DNA from: Candidatus Thorarchaeota archaeon
GTDB taxonomy: Archaea > Asgardarchaeota > Thorarchaeia > Thorarchaeales > Thorarchaeaceae
DNA: 17,235 nt
Assembly: GCA_004524445.1 (NCBI GenBank)
Contig: SDNP01000044.1
Coordinates: 1-17,235 of the forward strand
Direction of reading: 5' to 3'
Part shown: piece after piece, positions 7,068-14,229 of the stretch
How positions within the stretch are numbered: position 1 is the stretch's first letter
Layout: every line of letters starts with the position of its first letter
The notes under the pieces: model-generated
The model's database searches: none
What the model was told of the DNA's origin: nothing
What the model saw: only the letters and a program-made list of their open reading frames with translations
Translations under genes and position numbers: made by a program

Positions 7068-7488
7068 GTGTCATTTCCGGTGCAGATTCTAATATTGCGT
7101 CCCAAAGGCTGGCGAATCTCCTACATCAGCGGGCTTATAGTTGTCCTGTCAATACTGTTGATTGAGTGTCTGGGAGCCCAGAATACATAATCGCGGCTTC
7201 TAGCCACATAAAGGAGAGAATTGAAGCGGCGTCATCCAATGCCTCTGGTGGGATAGTTCAGGTCTTCTTTGTAGTGTTAGCCTTTACATTGATTGTGTCA
7301 GGTCTGGCTGGGGAATAATTCCTTTTGACCTCTTCTCAGTGGTGCTGCTATTCTTTGCCTTTCCTTCAATGTTCATACTGAGAATAATAATCTCTGATGA
7401 TTCGAAGGTCAATAATCTGTAGGCTATAGCTATGATTACGGTATTCATCGTGATGCTGTATATGCTACTGGCATTTGGGCATTACTAG
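7068..7488 (+). pseudogene. Frameshifted remnant of a CaCA-family (Ca2+/H+ or Na+/Ca2+) antiporter, C-terminal half
   Basis: AGGTGA RBS and GTG 7068. Three frames join to give ...LIVVLSILLI / VSGSPEYIIAASSHIKERIEAASSNASGGIVQVFFVVLAFTLIVSG / WGIIPFDLFSVVLLFFAFPSMFILRIIISDDSKVNNL*AIAMITVFIVMLYMLLAFGHY*. This resembles the CaCA alpha-2 repeat (SPE...A...N..G..Q) and the 'D...N.LE' end. There are two 1-nt frameshifts (~7165, ~7309) and an internal TAG at 7420-7422. Confidence 0.7.
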
Positions 7489-7507
7489 AGGATTCAAACT
7501 CAGATGT

Positions 7508-7741
7508 TTAGAAGTGAGTATACTCCCCAAGCTTTTGCACTTTGATGATTGCATCGATGAGCACATACTCATCAGCTTCGCTATCTAGCTTGTGAGCGAT
7601 GCCGACTATGTCTTCGCCTACGTCGCTTATGAATCCCTCTGCAATAATATTCATAGGATATCCAAAGAAGCGCATGCGTTGTTTCTCATCGGCAGCTCTA
7701 TCAAGTATTAGACTTAGAGTCATTCGATTTTCTGAGGTCAT
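7508..7741 (-). CDS. Small protein, probable Sm/Hfq-like beta-barrel fold
   Basis: 77 aa with a helix followed by five beta-like segments (RMRFF, IAEGFISDV, DIVGI, EYVLI, AIIKVQ). It has its own BRE/TATA-like AAAAAACTTATGA ~25-35 nt upstream, implying a leaderless transcript. Fold call is inference. Confidence 0.6.
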   Translation of the reverse strand: MTSENRMTLSLILDRAADEKQRMRFFGYPMNIIAEGFISDVGEDIVGIAHKLDSEADEYVLIDAIIKVQKLGEYTHF

Positions 7742-7764
7742 ATAACAGAATTATACATCTGCCA

Positions 7765-7777
7765 TCATAAGTTTTTT
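7765..7777 (-). promoter_or_regulatory. BRE/TATA-like promoter of the small Sm-like gene (leaderless)
   Basis: Minus strand AAAAAAC-TTATGA; the TATA-like part begins 29 nt upstream of ATG 7741. Confidence 0.45.
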
Positions 7778-7790
7778 AGAATTAGGTCAG

Positions 7791-7831
7791 AAAAAGGAGT
7801 ATGAGACCCAGAGAATGTTGCTCTCTGAGTC
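7791..7831 (-). terminator. Hairpin plus U-tract downstream of the Kbl-type gene
   Basis: Minus-strand RNA GACUCAGAGA-GCAACAU-UCUCUGGGUC (10-bp stem with one G-U pair, 7831-7805), followed 9 nt later by UUUUU (7795-7791), starting ~20 nt after the stop at 7852. Confidence 0.55.
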
Positions 7832-7851
7832 ATTAGAATTCATACTATCGT

Positions 7852-9045
7852 CTAGATGATGTCGAGTTTCTTGCCAATTTTCTCATAGGCATTCAATGCC
7901 TTGTCAAGGTGCTCCTTGGTGAGGCCTGAATTCATCATGTTTCTGATGCGCGCCTTATCACGAGCAACCATAGGATAGACAATTGGCAATGCCAAGATGC
8001 CTTCCTCGAAGAGACCATCACTGAGTTGTACCGCCTTAGAGCTTTCGCCGCACATTGCTGGTACAATTGGAGTTTCTGTAACGCCAGTATCATATCCCAT
8101 TTCTTGGAGGCCCTTGATGAAGTACTCCCTGTTGTCCCATAGAGTCTTGACATGCTCTTCTTCTGTTTCGAGCACATCAATCGCAGCGGTGCATGCAGCC
8201 ACTGTGGCCGGGGGATGCGACGCACTCAGTAACCATGATCTGCTTGTGTTGTATGCGTACTTGACCATGTATTCTCCACCTGAAACATGTCCGCCCATCA
8301 CACCAAATGCTTTGCTGAAGGTACCCATCTCGAAGTGTACTTCATCATGAGTGAGACCAAAGTGTGATACAATACCTCTACCACCCTCGCCTAGGACTGC
8401 TTCACCATGAGCATCATCAACATATATCATTGCACCATGTTCCTGTCCTAAGTCAACAATCTCATCAAGAGGGGCAATATCTCCATCCATAGAGAATACT
8501 CCGTCTGTGATGATTAGAATTCTTCTAGGATTGTCCTTTTCAGCCTCCTTCAAGACTCTCTCCAGTCCTCCCATATCCCTATGGGCATAGACAAAACGCT
8601 TAGCCTTTGTTAATCTAACACCATCGATGATACTACCATGGTTCAATTCATCGGATATGATGGCATCTTCTTTGCCCACAAGCTGAGGGATAAGACCTTC
8701 ATTTGCTGTAAAACCTGCACTGTATGTTAGGGAGGCTTCTGCTCCTTTGAAGTTGGCCAATCTCCGTTCCAATTCCAAGTGCAAGTCCATCGTACCTGCA
8801 ATCGCTCTAACTGAACCTGATCCCACACCATGGGTTTCAACTGCTTCTTTCGCGGCCTTCTCAAGTTTTGGATGATTCGTTAGATTGAGGTAATTATTGC
8901 TGCAGAGCATAATCACATCTTTACCATCAATTGTAGATACAGGTTGGCTCCGTCCTTGGAGTTCCCTTATCTTCCAATCCAAATCCTGCTTAGCAAGTCT
9001 TTCATACTCTTCTTTCATCCACCCGGTTGGATCTCTTTTTGCCAT
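7852..9045 (-). CDS. kbl: Glycine C-acetyltransferase (2-amino-3-ketobutyrate CoA ligase)/BioF-family PLP-dependent alpha-oxoamine synthase
   Basis: CSNNYL, GSGSVRAIAGT, SDELNHGSIIDG, ITDGVFSMDGD, VDDAHG, GTFSKAFG (PLP Lys), ARIR. ATG 9045 follows GGTGA at 5-nt spacing (track start GTG 9090). Kbl vs BioF cannot be fully resolved by eye. Confidence 0.85.
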   Translation of the reverse strand: MAKRDPTGWMKEEYERLAKQDLDWKIRELQGRSQPVSTIDGKDVIMLCSNNYLNLTNHPKLEKAAKEAVETHGVGSGSVRAIAGTMDLHLELERRLANFKGAEASLTYSAGFTANEGLIPQLVGKEDAIISDELNHGSIIDGVRLTKAKRFVYAHRDMGGLERVLKEAEKDNPRRILIITDGVFSMDGDIAPLDEIVDLGQEHGAMIYVDDAHGEAVLGEGGRGIVSHFGLTHDEVHFEMGTFSKAFGVMGGHVSGGEYMVKYAYNTSRSWLLSASHPPATVAACTAAIDVLETEEEHVKTLWDNREYFIKGLQEMGYDTGVTETPIVPAMCGESSKAVQLSDGLFEEGILALPIVYPMVARDKARIRNMMNSGLTKEHLDKALNAYEKIGKKLDII

Positions 9046-9193
9046 CGTATTCACCATACTCCTCGCTACGTCGTTATCTTTCTCAACCACGAGGTGATAT
9101 CTGGATTGAGCCGCGAAATTCAGCTATATATGCACTTCGCTGTACGTCCTTCTGCGTAATTCATCACATCTTGCGAAAGCGCTGTAGATGATG

Positions 9194-9796
9194 CTATTTC
9201 AATAGGGAGTTGGCTTCATGTATCCATAAACTGACTTTTTCTCGTGAGATTTCATATCCGTCAGGAACTCTCACATAACCCTTCTCTATGGCGTCATCTA
9301 TTTTCCTGAATAGACCATTACCATCCGCGTTAGCTAGCTCTGTGACATCCATGATACCACCCGCATAGACAATTGCTTCTGCATCTTCCTCTGATACGGT
9401 TCCCATCCAACAGAATCTACTCATGGCAATCCATCTTTGTGAGGTTTCCATGCTTACATCGCAGATATTAGCGACCTCGTCCGCTCTTGCCCTCATAAGT
9501 TCCTCTAGTGTCCCAATTCCCTCGTTTCGTAGCTTAGTTCCGTGCACAGACCCTATCCCTTCAACTGTTTCAATGGGAAGATTGCTCAATTCTGCTGCTG
9601 ATTCCTCAACTTCTGGAACATATGACTCGACAGTATCATCGGTTGTTTCTGATTTTTCTCTTGAACAGATTCCAGCTATCATGGCTGACACTATAATAAT
9701 GCCTATGCTCGCCTGGGTTGGAGAGTAGACTGCAATGAGCGCAATTGATAGGGCTGCAACGGCCAGCGTGATCACTTTGGGCTTGTCTGCCTTCAT
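9194..9796 (-). CDS. Membrane-anchored DUF4332-like helix-hairpin-helix protein
   Basis: Two N-terminal hydrophobic segments, an acidic linker, then 'IETVEGIG...KLRNEGI.T.EEL', 'RW...S', 'GI..V.ELA.AD' and 'V..WI..A', the pattern typical of DUF4332. Confidence 0.75.
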   Translation of the reverse strand: MKADKPKVITLAVAALSIALIAVYSPTQASIGIIIVSAMIAGICSREKSETTDDTVESYVPEVEESAAELSNLPIETVEGIGSVHGTKLRNEGIGTLEELMRARADEVANICDVSMETSQRWIAMSRFCWMGTVSEEDAEAIVYAGGIMDVTELANADGNGLFRKIDDAIEKGYVRVPDGYEISREKVSLWIHEANSLLK

Positions 9797-9879
9797 ATCT
9801 TCTCACTCGCAATTATCAACGCATAGGTGTTACCCATTCGCCATAATTAGTGTTTGGTAGAATTGTAGACGGCAGTGTT

Positions 9880-11184
9880 TCACTCGCCAACGGCATGCAA
9901 TTGACTAGCTGCTTCACTTTCTTGCTGTCTTCTGGAATTTCTTCTTACAGCCACATACATCGGAATTACTGAAACGGGATACAATAGCATGGCTATTGGG
10001 AACAAGACTTGACCATAAGTTACCATTCCACCAACTAATCCCGCTCCAAGCATGAAAGATGTGAGCAATGTACCGGTTTGACGGCTGAATGTCCATGCGA
10101 TACGAATGATTGCCCATGACCTTCCTCTTCTTGCTCCACTCACCTCACCCATGAAGAGAGAATTCGTGGCTGGTCGTGCCATGTTAGCTGCAGCCATTCT
10201 CGTGATATAGAATGCGACCATTAATAGGAAGAACGGCGCATAGACAAGACCAAACATTAGAATAGGTGCAAATAGATAGAGTATAAATATCATTCTCAAT
10301 TTTCCAACTCTTTCGCTCTGAAGTCCAACAAATAGCGTCCCGGTGGCAAGTGTAATGCTGGATATTGCAGGGATTGATCCCAAAACTACTGGGTCGGGAG
10401 TAAATGCAGCATTTATCCAAGGCAGGAGATAAGGAATTACCATTCCTGAACTAAAGCCCATTATTGTCTGCGTGGCGCCGAAAAGAATTGCGGTTCTAGT
10501 GTCATGTTCAGCAGTATGACCTGATTCATAACTCTCTTCTTCCGTCCTCCATCCAACCTTCTCATGATTGGAGTGAAGCCATCTATCGGTGTAATATCCG
10601 TAGACGCCAGTGACGATTCCCGTCCCTCCCATGATGAAGAATACAATCGCATATCTCACCATTTCCGGATTGATTCCTGGAAGCGCTGAGGGATCGAGAA
10701 TGAATCCTGCCAGAAATGAACCAATCATCGCGGTTAGGGTGGCTGCTGTTATAGTTATCCCATATGACTTTGTTCGTTCTTCCCCTTTTTCAGTATAGTC
10801 TGCGACTAGCGCACTGATCGAAGTGCTGGCAAATCCGGAGCCAACGCCTGTCAAGGCATAGAGGACCAGGATAAGCAGATTATCAGTTGTGAAGGGGATC
10901 AATAAATAGCAAATTCCCGAAAAAATGCTCCCAACCAATACACTAAGTCCCCTCCCTTTCCTATCACTGAATATCCCCGCTGGGAAGAGTACGAAAGCCT
11001 GCACGTAACCCGCCGCTGCAACCATGACTCCATAAAATGATTCAGTCTGACCAATTGCCAAAACAAATAGAGGCAGAGCTACGTGGATAAAGGAGCGAGT
11101 TACCCTGCTTAGAGAGCTGAGAATTGATAAGCGAGTGACCTTGGCTGTGTTCTCAGACAGTTTCACTTGATTTTCGTCTTCCAT
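9880..11184 (-). CDS. Major facilitator superfamily transporter (~12 TM)
   Basis: Motif A 'GIFSDRKGRG' and its second-half copy 'GLQSERVGKLR', with a central hydrophilic loop. Start ATG 11184 (alternative TTG 11208). Confidence 0.92.
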   Translation of the reverse strand: MEDENQVKLSENTAKVTRLSILSSLSRVTRSFIHVALPLFVLAIGQTESFYGVMVAAAGYVQAFVLFPAGIFSDRKGRGLSVLVGSIFSGICYLLIPFTTDNLLILVLYALTGVGSGFASTSISALVADYTEKGEERTKSYGITITAATLTAMIGSFLAGFILDPSALPGINPEMVRYAIVFFIMGGTGIVTGVYGYYTDRWLHSNHEKVGWRTEEESYESGHTAEHDTRTAILFGATQTIMGFSSGMVIPYLLPWINAAFTPDPVVLGSIPAISSITLATGTLFVGLQSERVGKLRMIFILYLFAPILMFGLVYAPFFLLMVAFYITRMAAANMARPATNSLFMGEVSGARRGRSWAIIRIAWTFSRQTGTLLTSFMLGAGLVGGMVTYGQVLFPIAMLLYPVSVIPMYVAVRRNSRRQQESEAASQLHAVGE

Positions 11185-11270
11185 GCTGCTAGTCAACTCT
11201 CTATGCAAATGTAAGTGAAGTGCATGTTGCGATATTCATAAGTCCTTGTTCTCCGGTAAGAATTGTGCCC

Positions 11271-11708
11271 TTAATCGGCTAGCGGTGTTCTGGGTGCTTT
11301 TTCGCCAATACCTGAAACATGTATGTCTTTCCAATGACCCTTGGTCTTCAAGTACGCAGCCTTCTCTTTGGCATCATGAAGCTCTTCGACAACTGCAATA
11401 CAATCGCCAGTCGAATCAAAAAGCGGATATATGTGTTCATAGAGCATCCTCCCCCTGAAATTGACCCAGCCTTCATATTTTTCCATTTTGCCGCTTCTAA
11501 GATTTGACAGCATCTCTTTCACGGGCTTTTCAGACACCTCTCCGTGACATCGAAGAATCGATGTGCCAATTCTGTCGTCTGGTTTCTGTTGAAGCATCTG
11601 CCCCGCAATCCGGTTAAAGAGAATAATTCTGTTATCGTTGTCTACAAGGATTATGCCTACATGTAGTGATTCGATTGTATTTTGAAGTAGCTTCGCATCA
11701 AGAATCAT
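11271..11708 (-). CDS. Stand-alone PAS-domain protein (PAS_10-like, with Cys-His motif)
   Basis: 'IESLHVGIILVDNDNRIILFNRIA...IGTSILRCHG...PLFDSTGDCIAVVE...D' is a PAS pattern. No output domain. Start ATG 11708 or 11741. Confidence 0.85.
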   Translation of the reverse strand: MILDAKLLQNTIESLHVGIILVDNDNRIILFNRIAGQMLQQKPDDRIGTSILRCHGEVSEKPVKEMLSNLRSGKMEKYEGWVNFRGRMLYEHIYPLFDSTGDCIAVVEELHDAKEKAAYLKTKGHWKDIHVSGIGEKAPRTPLAD

Positions 11709-11845
11709 GGTATCAACCAATGAATAAACAATGACATCCATCTATATTCCTAGTGTTATGTGATAAGATAGTATGGAGTGAAACTTGTTCCTGTTACACG
11801 GTTTCATATCCGATGTAAATCACACTTATTCGAGGAAATCTAACA

Positions 11846-12940
11846 TTGGATGGCTATGTCACGAAATCACGGGAACTCTACTATCTTAGACTTCTCCATG
11901 AAAATCCTCCAGTTTCTCCCTACGTATCTCGCGGAACGAAACAAGATCTAATCGACATTGCTGAGCCTCATGTTCATGTCGATAAAGAGCTACTGAGGCT
12001 GGCTTCATTGGTAATCGATAGGGGAGAATCCCGTTTCTTGCCAATTGTAGGCGGTACGGGGATGGGCAAGACACATCTCTATTGGGCGATCAAATCATTG
12101 GGAAAGCGCCACACATCAACACCTTATCGATGCGTATACGTTCCTCCCCCTAGCTCGCCGTCAAGAATAGGCATTCAGGTATATACTCCCTTTGTTGAAG
12201 AAATGGGATCCTCGCACTTCGTTTTCTGCGTGAAGCATGCCTTTGCGAAGGCGGGATTGCGGGGTATCAAAAGCCTGCATCTGAATTATGCAGAACATCT
12301 AACCCGACTCAAGAATGCATTTCCTAGATACTCGGGTGACCTCCTTGCAGTAGTGGCCCGATATGGAACCGACTCTAAGCTGAGACCTATAGCTTTGCGA
12401 TGGCTTCTGGGGCATCATCTTCATGCAAAAGAGAGAGAGAAATTGCAGGTGGACAAGTGTCTTGATGACGATAGAACGGCCTTGGACACATTATGTTTAT
12501 TAATTGAATCCTCGCCAGTTCCAATAGTCTTCTATTTTGACGAAATGGAGAGTCCATTTCGAACTCTTGATGAGAATGGACAAGAGCAATTCCTATCTTT
12601 TATTCGCCTGCTAAGCAAGAAGTCGCAGAATGCTATAATCATATGTGCCTGCCTTGATGAAATCTGGAAATCCATCGAATCAACCATAATTCCCTCAGAA
12701 GATAATATTTCAGTGGAACCTGTCGAACTGATTCCATTCACAGTTGACCACCTTAGAGAGTATGTCGGGAGTTTCATGTCGGCATATTGGATGAATCAGG
12801 GCGTTGATATTCCTGAAGACGAGATATATCCCTTCTCAGATAATGACATAAAAACCATTTTTCAGATTTCGAATGGTAATCCACGCAATATCATAAGAAT
12901 AGTCCATGAGGTTCTAGAGTTCAAGCTAATCCGTACCTGA
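11846..12940 (+). CDS. P-loop NTPase of AAA+-like type (DUF2791/BrxD-like appearance), function unknown
   Basis: Walker A GGTGMGKT, Walker B VFYFDE, 'ALRWLLG', and C-terminal GNPR. TTG start with GAGG upstream; in-frame stop at 11816. Confidence 0.8.
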   Translation: MDGYVTKSRELYYLRLLHENPPVSPYVSRGTKQDLIDIAEPHVHVDKELLRLASLVIDRGESRFLPIVGGTGMGKTHLYWAIKSLGKRHTSTPYRCVYVPPPSSPSRIGIQVYTPFVEEMGSSHFVFCVKHAFAKAGLRGIKSLHLNYAEHLTRLKNAFPRYSGDLLAVVARYGTDSKLRPIALRWLLGHHLHAKEREKLQVDKCLDDDRTALDTLCLLIESSPVPIVFYFDEMESPFRTLDENGQEQFLSFIRLLSKKSQNAIIICACLDEIWKSIESTIIPSEDNISVEPVELIPFTVDHLREYVGSFMSAYWMNQGVDIPEDEIYPFSDNDIKTIFQISNGNPRNIIRIVHEVLEFKLIRT

Positions 12941-13525
12941 TGATAGGCTCTCTTCCCTTTGTGAATCTTCAGCTTTAGTTGTGGACGAGGGTTCCTCATC
13001 TTCATCATTGCTAAAAATCTCCGGCAATACAAGTATCGCAACAAATAGGCCAACCATTACGACTATCCCAACAGGGGTTCGCAAGAACAGGCTGATATTT
13101 CCGAGCCAAGGAATAGTTGCTACAACAACACCAACTATCTCACTGTAGGTTCTATTATAGGGGTCTCTAGTGGGATTATTGTCTCCCTTTGTGAAGTAAT
13201 AATAGTCACCTTCTACTATTTCAATTTCAACGACGCGGTGAACAATTGGGCCGTCTGAGTGCCAAACCTCATCCTGATAAACCACAATATCGTTCAGGGC
13301 GATTTGGTCCGGCTCTCTAGCCTGAATAATAAGGAGATCTCCCCTATAGAGAGTTGGCTCCATGGAATCAGAAGTCACTACAACTATTGGTGTTGTTGTT
13401 CCCATTGCGAACATAAACACTCCATATCCGCCGAGAGTTGCTCCAACTACCAAGAATAAGAGAAATCCAGTCTTCACAAATTCAGGTTTTTCATCCCACT
13501 GGATTTTTTGTCGGATTTTTTCCAT
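12926..13525 (-). CDS. sec11: Archaeal/ER-type signal peptidase I (Sec11/SipW, Ser-His-Asp)
   Basis: N-terminal TM, TSDSMEPTLYRGDL (Ser), PIVHRV (His), TKGDNNPTRD, C-terminal TM. Start ATG 13525 (alternatives 13555 and 13567). Its 3' end overlaps the convergent ATPase gene by 15 nt. Confidence 0.93.
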   Translation of the reverse strand: MEKIRQKIQWDEKPEFVKTGFLLFLVVGATLGGYGVFMFAMGTTTPIVVVTSDSMEPTLYRGDLLIIQAREPDQIALNDIVVYQDEVWHSDGPIVHRVVEIEIVEGDYYYFTKGDNNPTRDPYNRTYSEIVGVVVATIPWLGNISLFLRTPVGIVVMVGLFVAILVLPEIFSNDEDEEPSSTTKAEDSQREESLSSGTD

Positions 13526-13603
13526 GATGTGCCCCTTTAGCCCTATCTTTTCCATTCTAATAAACACTAAGTTTAGAGAATCCCTACGAAAGTACTAGTG
13601 TTT

Positions 13604-14072
13604 CTATCTTCCTTTAGCATCTTGAATCAGTTTTCCGATGTTATGCGCATCCTCTCTAGGATGGGGTTGACATGACTCCGATTATTCTACATTTTCTATA
13701 ATGAGATTACCTGCTTCTCTAGCAAGATGCTCCTAGATTATTGCCAGCTTTTTCAGGTTGGCAGCAGCGTCTTTCATGGCATCCTTTGTGGTGGGTATAC
13801 CGATTCTAACATGTCTGTGCCACTGATTACAAACCATTGCTGCTCTCCTATTTTCACTGCAATTATCCCAGCAGGCATATGGATTAGGTTCTCGCTGTAG
13901 ACCAATGCATCGCCCATCCGTTGGTCTTCAAACTCACGTTTCTTCTTCCTTCGAGATTTTCAGCATGAAGACTGCAATCAAACAAGATTTCCTTCAGGGC
14001 TTCTCTAAGAAGATCTGGCGAAGCAACAACTACGACGCTATAGTATGTCGACTCACCTGAGTCGCCGGTTAC
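13604..14072 (-). pseudogene. Probable degraded gene of unknown function
   Basis: A ~660-bp gap without a real ORF in a gene-dense region. Protein-like pieces occur in three minus frames (YYSVVVVASPDLLREALKEILFD / EFEDQRMGDALVYSENLIHMPAGIIAVKIGEQQWFVISG / IGIPTTKDAMKDAAANLKKLAII*EHLAREAGNLIIENVE*...IGKLIQDAKGR*), with stops at 13735 and 13684. No family recognised. Confidence 0.3.
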
Positions 14073-14135
14073 CTATAACCTGGTGCCTCATACTAATAGG
14101 TGATTTTTCCCCTATTTTCATGAATGAGGTGAGTC
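14049..14135. repeat. Cluster of nested inverted repeats
   Basis: CGACTCA-CC-TGAGTCG (14049-14064); GGTTA-CCTA-TAACC (14067-14080); CCTCAT/ATGAGG (14086-14091/14124-14129) enclosing AATAGG/CCTATT (14095-14100/14111-14116); and a 9-bp GACTCACCT/AGGTGAGTC pair (14050-14058/14127-14135). Confidence 0.55.
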
Positions 14136-14186
14136 CAATATCAAGGATGGCGGAAGTCAGCAATTCTATCCTACTTATCTGATTCC

Positions 14187-14194
14187 TTATATAT
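14187..14194 (+). promoter_or_regulatory. TATA box (TTATATAT) of the MBL-rhodanese/ggt unit
   Basis: Consensus-like archaeal TATA 36-43 nt upstream of ATG 14230. Confidence 0.55.
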
Positions 14195-14229
14195 GACCTA
14201 TTTCAATTAACCTGCGCGAGAGAAGTTCA

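Noticed and set aside
7420-7422. In-frame TAG as possible pyrrolysine or readthrough codon (likewise 13733-13735)
   Set aside because: The same remnants also contain frameshifts, and normal genes here end in TAG, so this is decay rather than recoding.
7852-9045. Serine palmitoyltransferase or BioF interpretation of the alpha-oxoamine synthase
   Set aside because: No lipid or biotin genes are nearby and the motifs fit Kbl-like enzymes; cannot be fully excluded without a phylogeny.
12926-12940. 15-nt convergent overlap between the ATPase and sec11
   Set aside because: Short tail-to-tail overlaps are common in compact archaeal genomes.
13514-13555. Duplicated MEKI start (ATGGAAAAGAT / ATGGAAAAAAT) at the 5' end of sec11
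   Set aside because: Only two short imperfect copies; it affects start choice but is not a meaningful repeat.
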